64,000 nt of DNA from Leptogorgia sarmentosa. Taxonomy: Eukaryota. Numbering within the stretch: the stretch's first letter is position 1; the number at the start of each line of letters is the position of its first letter. Of the stretch, positions 46,336 through 60,600 are shown piece after piece. Position numbers and translations under genes: made by a program. Under the pieces are notes generated by a model, which saw only the letters and a list, made by a program, of their open reading frames with translations, did no database searches and was not told the DNA's origin. The stretch is from the NCBI GenBank assembly GCA_964658305.1, contig OZ210885.1:3534001-3598000 (forward strand), written 5' to 3'.

Positions 46336-49300
46336 ATTGTCGAGGCCTTTTCCTCAGGTATACCCAGACTGGAAAGTGTATTACGCCATCGGAACTCGTG
46401 TACGATACTCCCGAAGCTATTCCTCACTATGTTGTATTGACTGACAACTGCTTGAACGATACAGCACAATTCCGTTATCTTGACAGGCCGCTGTTATTCA
46501 ATATTGAGAAGCAAGGAACGCTGTGGTCTAACAGCCACCCTGCCTACATGTCTCGTTGGTGGGTTTACAACGGCGTACATTCCAGAAGAGTTAGGAACGA
46601 AATCAGCAGTTCCAATTATTTAAAACAAACAGCTGCAGGCTCTTTATTCTTGTACAATCGGGGTGTATGTGCTCAGCCTAATTCATCAAATTATATATTG
46701 AGGGCAACGTGTAATAACACAGCAGTGCAAGAGTTTACTTTTGGTAAGTGAAATATGTACTGAACTCCGCACAATTATGTCGAAAGAAGAAAACGAATTA
46801 CGTAGAATGGATTGATTTTGATATACGGCGCTAAAATGCGGCGTTATGGTTTACTTAACATACATGCAGAAAGTACTGAGCAGACTTTATACTCCTTAGA
46901 TTAACTATGTAACCCAGTACTGTTTCCGTTTATATTCAAAGGGGGTTTATGTATTGTTCATATACTGATTTCTTTTGAAAAAAAACTTAAAAGAAATTCG
47001 TCGAATAACGGCAAACATTGGGCTTGATAATTCTCCATATTGTGCAAAAACCGAATTTAATACTTATTATATTATTCATTTAAAATTTTAAAAAATTCAA
47101 TTCAAATTCGCTATTTAATTTTGTGGAAACTTCATATTCTTATTTTAGCTATTCTTCACAATTAACTCTGGTCTGTAGAGGTTTTTATCGATCTTTTTGC
47201 ATTCAACAAATCATTTTCCCCAGTAGCTAATTCTTGAATTTCGACTTTGCTTTATTTGTATTAAGAAAAAAAAATTCCTTAGTCCCATATGACAGCCGTC
47301 GCTGTCAAGTGGGCGTCAGCACTCGCTGACGAGTCATTCTAGGTCGCCATAGCAATATGACGCAAACGCGACCAAAATTTTTTTCTTATTGACTCTTTGA
47401 TCATTTTGCTGATATGAATGTGAAAAATTCATATTTGATTAGAAATTGAGTTGATATGAAAATTTCACAGTTTGCTTTTAGCCTTGGAATTTAAAATTGC
47501 GAAATCTGAATAAGTCACCAGTACAGAATGTTAATTATTAGGTGACTTGGATTATCTCTTACTTAATGCGATGTCAGCTTTCCCTATGACGAGAGGAAAA
47601 TTTATTTGGAATTTTTTAAATGCATTCCACGATTGGGAAAACTAGTCTAATATCAACTCTGTTTTACAGGTTCAGTGACAGCCTATAACGCTGGAATGGA
47701 AAATGTTCACTGCTCTTCAATACAGCATATGATGGTAAAGAGTGCTGATTATGGAGATTTTAATGATAGTGGTACATTTAATCACAAGCCCAACATTGAT
47801 ACACAATGCAGCAAGCTTACCACTTGCCAAGTGAAATCTCGTTGTAGTGGAGAGATATCATGCGAACTGGTAATCGACAGTAATTTGCTACCATCGCAAT
47901 ATTGTTCTGATACTTCAAAACAAATATATACCAAGTACACTTGTGTGGATACCAACAGCTCCTCCGCTATAACTGCAGGTAAAATTTATTGAAATGCTGT
48001 TTTTATCTTTTCTTTTAAAATTTCTTTTTTTGGACTCTTGGCGTTGCTGAATCAAAGTTAATGAACAAAATTCTTTGTTGGAGATCATTTACTTTAGATT
48101 CAGCACATGAAAAGTTCGACGTCTGAATTACAATCTTAACCAATAATTAATGTATAAAACGGCAGGCCGAACCATGCAGCTTTAAATGTGATTAAATATG
48201 ATGTTTTACCTCCTGGGGTTCTAATATTATACGCATGAGAAATGAATGATTCTCGATAATTTATGGCCAAGATTCTACGCCTGAGGCTCGTTATCGTATA
48301 AACTCATGAAACCAGCAATTGAAAACCGAATAACTGAGATACAGCGACAAATATCTTTACTTTGGATGTGCAGTGTCCTCAGAGCATGCAATGACTTCAA
48401 AACTACATGTTTGCACTATGAAGTATATAAGGCTCGAAAGAATTTTATATGATTTATTATGGCAATCACATTAACAAAAAATAGTATCAATAATATGTGC
48501 AAGGTGACCGAGCCAAAGCAACTTTCGCTCTTCAAGAACGAGCACTTTGCGTACGACGTTTTTTGAATGCGAAGTATTTCATAACCATAATAAGCGATGA
48601 AACGCAAATCCCAGCAGCAATTTTTTTAAGAAAATATATTTTTCTTTGCTTTTGGTTAAAATGTGTTCAGAAAGTTAAAATAAGTACTGCCCAACTGTTT
48701 CACGACTTGGAAAACAGCTCTATCGAACGATAGCAAAGGATATGAATTATTTAGGAGTGTTCATGATTTGATAATATTATTAATGTTTCAGCTTCCAATA
48801 TTAGATTGTCAAACCGAAACGAGGGGTATATTGAAGTAAAAAACGGTTCAATATGGAAGAAAGTTGTTGAGGAAAACTGGGATAAAAACCGTCAAAAAAT
48901 GCTGTGTCAGTATTTAGGATTTGAAGAGATTGATGGCAATAATATTGAAACTACACAGTTAGGGAGTGGACAAAAGATTGCAACTGGGGACCTGATATGT
49001 TATAACACACAATCAAACATAGCATCCTGTTGTGTCCATCTTAATCCTTTAACAACCAATACAAGTACTACGATTCCAGATGTGAGATGTAAGTACTACG
49101 CGGCTCTGCGTGTAGCAACAGAGAGGATGTTTGCTAAACGTTTCAGAAAAGTCTGGATTTCCCCCCCCCCCCTGCCGAATAGCTCCCCCGTCGCCACTGA
49201 GCTGTGTAACAAAAAATCTGAAAAACTATTATCCACCCATCAGTTCTATCTACAGAGCAGCCATATTACTCTAAATTAATGTTGGTGCTGCATTAATACA

Positions 49301-52300
49301 TTCCCGCTATGCTGGGATGGATTTCTAAGCATGTGAACGAGGCCGAAAAATGCAGGAAACATTTAACTCACTGCGATGATGTGTTTTTGTTCAAAGTAAG
49401 CAACTACCTAAAGGAATGACGTAATTTCAACCTACGAATGTGGCTGAATCAATGTTTTGAAAATGTACATAATTCAGTCTGAGATATTTTTCCTGCCGCA
49501 AAAAGTAATATTGTATTATTGCACCGATGAATTTAATTTTGTTTTTCAATTTTCGTTGCAGGCAAAATATGTAAGAACCCACTACTGCAAGATGAAAATT
49601 CTTTTCCAGACTCTGTGTTTTCCGGCAGTGGTGATCCAAGTGGGAACTACAAAGATGCGAGGATCACTAAAAGTGGCTGGTGTCCATTGGGGTCCAACAG
49701 CACATACCTCTTGCTCGACCTTCAGAAAGAATATCTCATAACTCAAGTTGTGGTTATGGCTGATGAAGAACAAACAAAATGGAGCGGTTCATATTCTTTG
49801 AAATATAGTCATGACACTTCTTATAATAACAGCGCAAAGGTACAGTTATTATAGTAATGAAGTTATGCTTTCCTGAAAATGAATGGTAGAAAAGAGTTGG
49901 TAGAGTATACTTGATGAAACAAGACCTTGCTAACGTATCTAAAATTGACAAACTCCTACCCATGTAATATAAAATAGAAACGTGATTTTCCTAATTCCGG
50001 GGATCTTCAGTGCATGGTATAAACAATAGCGTATTTTAAATCTACCGAGACAGCACATATTTAACTTAACAAGGAATTGAACGAATTGTAAATATTTCTT
50101 AACGTAACTGTTTGAGATCACGAGTTCTTCCTAATTTTCAGGAATTTGGAAACAAAAACGGTTACCAAGCATCAAGAACAAGCCTTAATATTTATAATGT
50201 CAGACACATGAAAATAGAGTCCACTGGAAACAGAAACTTTTGTCTACGTATAGAACTTTGTGGAGAGGGTAAGAAATTGAGGAACAGTGAATAACATACA
50301 TGAATGCCGAGAATGTCAGCTCGCAAAGAAACATGTCATTTAGTCGAATACAAAGTTTTTATCGTATTTTAATATCAAACAAAGTTTGGCAGTAATTAGC
50401 ATGGTAAATCGTGTTACTCAATAGTCAATATTCAAGATATGAAGATATTCAAGCTGTTTAGCGACTTAAATTAGAGCGGTTTCTGGCCCCCTCAAATTTC
50501 TTTCAGGACCATTCTCACAAAAGGTCTAAAACTGTGTAGATGTGATAAACGGCGGGGGGGAGGGGGGGTGTGGGTGTAAGGGGCGTTAGAAGATCCAATA
50601 ATGATGCTGTTGAAGCATAGAATATTATGCTTTAATCTGAAATCTCACCAGGAAAATGCAGTCTAAATTTCAACATTTTCTGGTGGAGCAAGCACTTGCC
50701 CGGGACCCCCTGCAGTACCACGAATCTCGCTCCAAAAAAAATGACCTTGGCTTGATCGTCTATACTTTGTTTTTAGTTCAAACGCCAGCTCAAGTATCCA
50801 ATATCTCAGTTTACCATCAAAATTCTCTGCAACAGTAATGTGGAAAATATCTACATCCACTCAGCACTCCAGCTATATAACAGGGATCATCATATACATC
50901 AACGGCCAAGTACACAAGACTGTATCTCGGGGGACTCAAGTATCTATAGAGGGACTTTTACCGTACACTTCGTATTCCGTGGGAATTCAAACTCAGGATG
51001 GTTCATCACAAAAGAGTCAAATAGTTACCAAACCTTTCATGACAAGAGGAATTGGTATGTTTGGGGAATCATGCTTCCATGGAGATATCTTATTCGACCT
51101 TAATTTCGTGTGACTTTTCTTTCGCGATTCGAAAAAATCGCAAATTAAAGTCCCGCGAAAAACTCTTCCCCACAAATTTACACACGCGAAATTAAATACC
51201 CTCGTATATAAACAATTTAAAATTATTAAATTATTAATGTTCTCATAAATACAATGAATCACATGTTGAAGAAGGTTGGGATAGCGAACGTTCATATCAG
51301 TACATAAGAACTTCCCCTAGAAGACCAATTGTCGAATGAGTTTCATGTGAAGTAGAAAAAACATTATGGGCTACTTGTCGTGGTTCTGTCTTCCTTGAAA
51401 AGTTGTTTAAATATTTTAAGTTGAAGTTTAAATCATAGTGTAAATGATTCTCAGGAAAAACTCTATCCCTTTTTCTATTTTCGGTCAATAAAATCGCGAA
51501 AATAGAGTCTCGCGAAATAAGGTTTCGAAAAAATCGCGAAATTAATTAGGTGCAAAATTAAGTACGAATAAGGTATGTACTCGTTGGGTTAAAATTCTTA
51601 GAAAATTTATTCACATAGCCCCATTACGATTTTTCTTTCATGGATTAGTTAAGGTGTGGTAGGGTGCTGCTTGTGCAATCATCTTCTATAATCTGCTAAA
51701 ATCGGGGACAAATTTATTTCCGCTTGGAATTCTGGAAAATTCATTCATCAAGGTGAACATCATCACCTTGTCATGATAACACCATGTCATGATAACACTG
51801 TATTTTGTAGCTACACACAGCATTGTTCGAATCTATACTGTTATAAACAACAACTTTTCCTCTTTCAAAATATGTGATTGATCTTCCATTTTTTCTTGTC
51901 GTAGCACCTCCCGCAGTCATTTCAAAGATCCTATCAACTGCCTCTAAAACGTACACTATCTTCTGGGTTCAACCAACACTGCCTGTTGGACAAACCGTCC
52001 TGAAGTACTTTATAAACTACAGAGTTCTCAATGGGCCCAATAATTCAAGAAATGTATCAAAGGATATGACATCTATTACTATTGATGTTGAATATGAGAA
52101 ACAATATATTTTTGAAATACAAGTTGTGACCGAGCCGGGAATGAGTAATGTGACGTCAAGAACCTGGTTCTCTCATTCAGGTAAAAATACATGAATTTTT
52201 TTTCTACAATGTGACAGTAACAACGGTTTAGTCTATGGAACTGCCAAATTTATCTGCGCCGAATTTTTTCTTGGAGGGAGGGATGGGTACTTGAAGAAAC

Positions 52301-54998
52301 TTCTCAACCAGCCTTAGTACACCTCAAATTTCTGGCATATAGTTAAAATGTCGGCGATTTAAACAATTTAGTTGTCTTTCTATTATTTATTCAATTTTAT
52401 TTGTTTTTTATCCCTTCTATGTAGCGCCCTTGAAAACGCCGACCAAAAAGAACGACAGTTACACAGTAACACTGATAAAGCCAAGAAAAGAGCAAAATAT
52501 TAAGTAAGTTGTCATGAAATAGTTAATAATTTGAAACAACTCACTCATAATGAAATCATTTTGTTGTAAAATATGTCTTTGTTCTCTTTTCTTTGAACTC
52601 TCGTAAACTGTGCTACTTAGTTACTTACCTTGAGCTGGTTGACGTTGTCCGCGGTTAAAGTGCGAAAGTTTAGTCAGACGAAACTGTAGGTAAAAGTTGT
52701 AACTAAACTGCAACTACTGCGAATTGCAAGAAGAAACAACTGAAGGTTCCGGATAGCGAAATACCTACACGCAGATACATTCTTTTCTTAGACAAGTCGC
52801 TCTTGTGTTACTCAAATCAAAAAATCTCCTGGCACCAGAAGAAGTTGAGCTGCGGTTGTGCCGAGAAGAGAACGATATCGCCTTTAAAGCTAAAGTATTT
52901 GATATAACGGACTTTCAAGAAGATACAATAGAAATATCACTTCAACAGACTCCAGACAAACGCCGAAGAAAGAGAAATGCAGTTGTAGTTGAGGCATTGT
53001 CACCTATGTCAACCTACAGAGCTGCCCAATTAAACACTGACGAGTCTGAGGTAGGTTAAAATAACTTCTTCTCGCAGGAAAGATTCATGCGAAAAACGAA
53101 ATTGCCAACGTCAAATGATCACTCCCAAAATCTCAACATCTATTTGGGGTAAATTCAGGGAGCTCTTCCGAACCTTTGCATATCATTGCAATTCCTATTG
53201 GTGGCGACTAGCGGGCTTACAAGATCTTGTTTATAACCCATGATTTCAGAACCGTAACGAATAAATGTACTGTCGCAATGAGGAATAGCGTCATAGTGAT
53301 AGTTGTTTAACTGAAATTTGCATTTTTTTTAGAATGAACGTTGGTCATATTGGAGTGAACCTTTTACTTTCATTGGAGGTAGGCTGCATGGCGCATGCAT
53401 TTATAAAATAACCGGAAGTAAGTGAAAAAGACTGCGCGCGCGTGATTGGCTAACAGTCGTGTTGATGCGAGATTATGTATATTGTGAAATGTGAGATTAT
53501 TTCCACACATTTCTCGTTCTCCCAATCTTGCACTCGTGTTTACATAACTCGATGCAAACATGGAAAATGTTTTCAATTCCTTAAATACAGCTAAGGCTAT
53601 ATACTTGCGAACTTCAAACCTTGAACATTATTTGGGAATCTTATTGCACATGCAAATTGTTCAAGTGTTGTATAATTTAGTCATTCGGATTTCAGATAAT
53701 TTAAAAAATAGATGGCGGTTACGCCGCAAGGTAAAAAGTATTTTAAAACCAATTTCTATTCCAAATTAATTTTCTTTAATTTTTTTTATAAAATATTCTT
53801 ATATAGTCAGTAATCAAGGCAAAGAAGATGAAAGTAAATCACTTTCTTGATGGTTTATTTATTCTGTTCATGAAATCAAAATACCGTTGACAAAATGTTG
53901 GGATGAACATGCAATATTCTGAATTCTTGTATTATAGAAACTGTTGACGGTCAAGATGACAAGCAATCCTGTAGTGAGAAAATCCAAATAGATCTCCTGA
54001 TTCCTCTCGTTATTTTTATTCTTTATTTTCTGCTGTCACTTGGTGTAATCATATATCAACGTCGTCTCATTCAAAATTATAAAAAGCTATCTGGCCGCGA
54101 CTACGAGGTACCAGAAAAGGCAAAAGCAGACCAAACGATTAAATCTAGTATGTATACTTATTCTTTCAGTTAAGTTATTCTATTAACGTTAAATTAAACT
54201 GATTTGCCAGCAGTATACTGTAGTACATGAAAACGTAGATCTTAAAATATAACTTGCTTCTTGATCTACAACCTATATCTTGTTTAAACTCGTTGCAAGA
54301 CATTTTTATTTTGTTATTCAGGCTTTGCCAAGGTTATAGAAGTAATGTTAATCAGAGAGAATGCATAAACATGCCACGGGTTCTAAACTCGGCTTTAAAC
54401 GAAAAGGCCTTTTGGGGTCTGCCCGTTCCAGAATCCTTCGGTTTATGAACACTTGTTTGGCCAAAAAGCACAGAAAAGAGTCATGTTTCAGCTATATAAT
54501 ACACTTCTCAAATCATAATTCTCATTGACCGCGGAAGATCGATATTCATATATTCGGGTCCACAGACCTTGATTTCAAAACAACCCACAACAATTATTGA
54601 TTTCAAAAGGAATAAGGAATTCAAAACACGAATATATAAATATTAGCCCCCCCCCTCCCAATTATCAGTGATCAAAATGCAACAGATGCATCAACACCTT
54701 TCTTAATTCCATTCCAGATCTTGAAGGTAACAACATAACTGTGAAAGCCGTCAAAGCTGCTACCGGCAGTGATTTGAACAAGAATGATGGATATGAATCA
54801 CCTGACTGCTTTGCTAAAGGGAACAAGCAAAATGAAACTGAATCTCAACAAGAACTTTCTGCTGCAGAAGAATCCTCGACCTACATGTCTTTGAAAAACC
54901 GCAGAGATCCTGAGAACGTTTATCAATCGCTACAATACCCCAATATTCAGACAGTGGAATATGAAAATCCCACATTTACATCCAAAGGGCAAATGTAG
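46336..54998 (+). pseudogene. Receptor paralogue 4 with a 1-bp deletion in FN3-1 (pseudogene, secreted truncation, exon-skipped form or assembly error)
   Basis: Exons 46336-46743, 47670-47978, 48792-49088, 49562-49839, 50142-50268, 50777-51054 (278 nt versus 279), 51905-52180, 52425-52503, 52792-53050, 53333-53378, 53938-54147, 54718-54998. GTTTCACCA becomes GTTTACCA at ~50812, giving TAA at 50836-50838. Confidence 0.65.
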
Positions 54999-56728
54999 AT
55001 TCAACAAAAGCCTTTCGTCGAAGATCGTTTTGTAGTGACTGGAACTTTTGCTGCATGTAGAGTGGCCAGAGTGCATTTTCCTCGGATATACGTAAGAGGG
55101 TTTATAACCACACATCTTTATTTATATTTTAACAAGGGCCTCAGCTAGAGTTAATTTAGAGGGGCGGGCGATGCATATATTCCTGTTCTGCCCAACGGAT
55201 TTTTATCAAATTTGTTGTTTTTAAATAAAAGAAATCCGTCGGGGAGCACATAACTATATATACGAATATGCATCCCCCCCCCGCCCTTAGCTTTCTAGCT
55301 ACCGCCCCGATTGTGACCATTTTAACGATTTGCAAAAATGCACGAATAAGCCTATAGCATTTAATACTATTTTACTCCATATTATAATTAACTTAACGTA
55401 TTTAGCACTTTTTAGCTACTACATAATCATGATAACACATTAGTGTAAAACCGAAAAAGTTGCAAATAGTGTAGGTATTTTGGTACTGTACATGCATATC
55501 TATGTTGGATATTTGTATTGGTGTATTTTGAAAAACAATTATATCGTATTTCTTCATATTAACCAAAGAAATGTGTTTGATAATGTTGACAAAAACACTC
55601 ATTACCAGATTCTCGAGTATTCTCACAACATTGCCCGAGTGCAATTATAACAGCATAATGGCACGCGACGAGTTTTTCTATTTCTTTTATAATATAAGAG
55701 AATATAAGCGCAACAAATAACTTCGTTAGGAAGATCAAAATTACAATTCTCTTTACATGTAATCAAGCGTGTTCTCAAATGTTGCCAAGCAGCAATACAG
55801 CTTTATTCCTTTAGCTGAGCGAAAGCAAACAATTCAAGCGTTTTTTATGGATGTATTTTTAGTATATATGTATTTTTATTGTCTTTTTGTCAAACCAAAG
55901 AGTCGCGCTTAATAGCTAGATGCGTGCATTACGCTGTTATAATGCACGCTCATTAGCCAATCACTTTGCAGATTTTACCCTACTTATATTATAATGAGAA
56001 ATAATGTGATGCGGAAGTATATGCTCTTACTCTTTCAGTATTCAAAATCAACGAAAAAATGTCGTGGCTTTTTCATCCATGGCTATCTTATTTTAGCATA
56101 TCCTTGCTGGTGTTTGAAGGTAATGTGTGATACGGTTGTAGTCAATACAGCAATAGTACTGAAAACATTTTTTCACCACAATTCGGCCCACCAATATCGA
56201 TCATTCAAAGTTTAAGGCTTCAAGCTTCGCTTTCAAGTGTCAAACGTCAAGCAGCAAAGACAAACTGACAAAGTTTCAACCGTAAGCAGTAGAATGGAAA
56301 TGGACGTGTTGTTAAATTATTCATTTGACATGAGAGAGAAAGTGGTTAAACCAATATTCTGCGGCAAGAGTTAGATCTTCCGTTCGCCGTTCACCGAAGC
56401 ATAAATTCTCTGATAATATGAGTCTTAAAATAAAAATGTATGTTTTATTTGGTTTACAAAAAATCAATGTTTTCCTTACGATAAATTATAGCCTACAGTA
56501 TGCGTGGTGGCATTAATGATCAAGACTATATAGGCTGAGTTTATACTGTATATATACATTGCCTAAACATTATTGACAACTTAGGCTCCGGAAGTTGGTT
56601 CAGGAACAACTCAATTGGTTCAGGAAGTTGTGATATTATAGTTAAGTGCCTGTTAACTGTTGTATATCTCTGGGTAGAAGGTTTATAAATTACACTGAAA
56701 CCCTGTCGTTATTATTAGTACCTTGATA

Positions 56729-56732
<4 letters not shown>

Positions 56733-56807
<75 letters not shown>
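56733..56807. repeat. (AT)n microsatellite
   Basis: About 37 AT units at the site homologous to the copy-3 insertion cluster. Confidence 0.95.
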
Positions 56808-56810
<3 letters not shown>

Positions 56811-57677
56811 GTTTATTAACGTATAAAAACGAAACGAACACGAGTGATATATATCGTTTGGTATACATGAGAATGCTCACACCAGACGCATGTGGTACAC
56901 ACCAAGACATCAACACATCCACACATGCGCAGAGAGTCATGGGGCCAGTGTGCTCAAACGACCACATTGCTATAATGTGCCTATTTATAGCAATGTTGAA
57001 AAACAATATGATGCAGATATTCACGAATAACAATCGTGTTTAAGCCTGCATTGACATGCCTATTGACAGCGTGCATATCTATTACCACAGTTAACTGTGA
57101 TATTTGGAATTGACTAACTAAGAAATTAAGATATCTTTGTAAAGCGTACTGATGCCATCGATTTCCTGCCCTTGCGAGTTCAAAGGAGCTTCTTAAATTC
57201 TGAAGAAGAATATTTCGTCAAGAATTTATGCACTCGTGGGTTCAATGAACAACGGAGCAATATCATTTTGCTTAGTACATTTTGTAGTCTTTATAAACGG
57301 CTTACAAGCACGAAAACGTTTCATGTAAACTTTAATGGCAATTTACGCATCTTTGCTGTTGTTTTTTCAAATGAATATATATTTATTTCGTTTTGCCCTG
57401 CGAACTCCCTCTTTGCTCTGCAAAGTTAAGCATTGGGGGGGGGGGGGGTTAGTCACCCCCCCTAAGCCCCCCCTTAAATTTCGCCCCTGTGTGCAGTTAA
57501 AATATATTCAAGTCGAAAAGGTTGGGGAGGAAGCAATATCAATGTGTCGCGGCCCGCGGGATCAGAACTTGTTTAGCCTGAGTATATTTGCGCGGACATT
57601 ATTTTACTGATACTTTCTTTGTTATCAGTGTCATTGATAATTGCATCATCAATCAATTTTTCTCCTTCTCTGTTCAG

Positions 57678-60600
57678 ATTGTCGAGGCCTTTTCCTCAGG
57701 CACACCCAGACTGGAAAGTGTATTACGCCATCGGAAGAACTCGCGTACGATGCTCCAAGCACCGCTATTCCTTACTATGTTGTATTGACTGACAACTGCT
57801 TGAACGATACAGCACAATTCCGTTATCTTGACAGACCGCTGTTATTCAATATTGAGAAGCAGGGAACGGTGTGGTCTCCCGCCAACCCTGCCTATATGAG
57901 ACGTTGGTGGGTTTACAACGGCATACATCCCACTAGAGTTAGGAATGAAATCAGCAGTCGCAATTATTTAAAACAAACAGCTGCAGGGTCTTTATTCTTG
58001 TACAATATTGATGTATGTGCTCAGTCCAGTTCATCAAATCATATATTGAGGGCAACGTGTAATAACACAGCAGAGCAAGAGTTTACCTTTGGTAAGTAAG
58101 AATTATACCGGACACCGCGCACAATTATGCCGAAAGAATAAAACTGATTACTATATTCGTCTTCTCCCCGACAGATTTGTTTTGAAATAAACTTGAAAGA
58201 AATTCGTGAAATGAGGGCAAACATTGGGCTTGATAATTCTTCATATTGTGCGAAAACCGAATTAAATAATTGTTTTATCATTTATTTACAGTCGGTTTCA
58301 GGTCACTTTAACTGTTTGTATTTAGCCAACCAGAAACCAGGAACTTTAAAATAAATAATAATGGTCTTTTGCATTGTGTGTAAGAAATATTTGCAAAATG
58401 GAATTTGAAATTGCGAAAGCTAATTAAAGTCACCAGTACAAAATGTTAATTATTAGGTGACTGTGTCAAATCGCTTTTCACACTTGGCTTATCTCTACTT
58501 AGGGCGATGCGAGATTTCTCTATGACCAGACGAAAATCTTTTATTTGGATTTTTTTAAATGCAGTCCACGATTGGGAAAATTGGTCTAATATCAACTCTG
58601 TTTTATAGGTGCAGTGACAGCCTATAACGCTGAAATGGAAAATGTTCACTGCTCTTCAATACAGCATATGATGGTAAAGAGTGCTGATTATGGACATTTC
58701 AATGATAGTGGTACATTTAATCACAAGCCAAACATTGATACACAATGTAGCAAGCTTACCACTTGCCAAGTGAAATCTCGTTGTAGCGGAAGGAAATCGT
58801 GTGAACTGGTAATCGACAGTAATTTCCTACCATCACAATATTGTTCTGATACTTCAAAACAAATATACACCAGGTACACTTGTGTGGATACCTACAACTC
58901 CTCCGATATAACTGCAGGTAAAATTTATTGAAATGTTGTTGTATAATTATTATTTTTTCTCTTTTAAATTTCCTTTTTGCACTATTGATGTTGATGAATC
59001 AAAGTTAATGATCTAAATTCTTTGTTTGTGATCATTTACATTAGGGTCGACATATGAAAAGTTCGAACTACGATCTTGGACAATAATGGCCCAACCGACT
59101 ATTTTCAGTTTTAAATATGACTAAATATGATTTTTTACCTCAAGGGATTCTAATAATTACACGCACGACAAATGAATCATTGTTCGATAATTTAAGGCCG
59201 AGATTGTAGGCCTGAGGATCGTTATCGCAGGCTCATGAGACCAGCAATTGAAAATCCGAATAAATGAGATACAGCGACAAATATCTTTACTTTGGATGTG
59301 CAGTGTCCTCAGAGCATGCAATGACTTCAAAACTACATGTTTGCATTATGAAGTATATAAGGCTCGAAAGAATTTTATATAATTTATTATGGCAATCACA
59401 TTAACAAAAAATAGTATCAATAATATGTGCAAGGTGATCCAGCCAAAGCAATTAAAGTTCTCCAGCAAGAACGAGCACTTTGCGTACGACGTTTTTTGAA
59501 TGCGAAGTATTTCATAACCATAATAAGCGATGAAACGCAAATCCCAGCAGCAATTTTTTTAAGAAAATATATTTTTCTTTGCTTTTGGTTAAAATGTGTT
59601 CAGAAAGTTAAAATAAGTACTGCCCAAATGTTTCACGACTTGGAAAACAGCTCTATCGAACGATAACAAAGCATATGAATTATTTAGCAGTGTTCATGAT
59701 TTGATAATATTATTAATGTTTCAGCTTCCAATATTAGATTGTCAAACCGAAACGAGGGGTATATTGAAATAAAAAATGGTTCAATATGGAAGAAAGTTGT
59801 TGAGGAAAATTGGGATAAAAACCGTCAAAAAATGCTGTGTCAGTATTTAGGATTTGAAGAGATTGATGGCAATAATATTGAAACTACACAGTTAGGGAGT
59901 GGACAAAAGATTGCAACTGGGGACCTGATATGTTATAACACACAATCAAGCATAGCATCCTGTTGTGTCCATCTTAATCCTTTAACAACCAATACAAGTA
60001 CTACGATTCCAGATGTGAGATGTAAGTACGCGGCTCTGCGTGTAGCAACAGAGAGGATGTTTGCTAAACGTTTCGGAAAAGTCTGGATTTGCCCCCCCCC
60101 CCCCCTTCTGCCGAATAGCTCCCCCGTCGCCACTGGGCTGTGTAACAAAAAATCTGAAAAACTATTATCCACCCATCAGTTCTATATACAGAGCAGCCAT
60201 GTTACTCTAAATTAATGTTGGTGCTGCATTAATACATTTCCGCTATACTGGAATGGATTTCTAAGCATGTGAACGAGGCCGAAAAATGCATCAAACATTT
60301 AACTCACTGCGATGATTGTGTTTTTGTTCAAAGTAAACACCTACCTAAATGAATGACGTAATTTCAACCTACGAATGTGGCTGAATCAATGTTCTGAAAA
60401 TGTACATAATTCAGTCTGAGATATTCAGTTTCCTACAACAATAAGTAATATTGTATTCCTGCACCGATGAATTTAATTTAGTTTTTCAATTTTCGTCGCA
60501 GGCAAAATATGTAAGAACCCACTACTGCAAGATGAAAATACTTTTCCAGACTCTGTGCTTTCCGGCAGTGGTGATCCAAGTGGGAACTACAAAGATGCAA

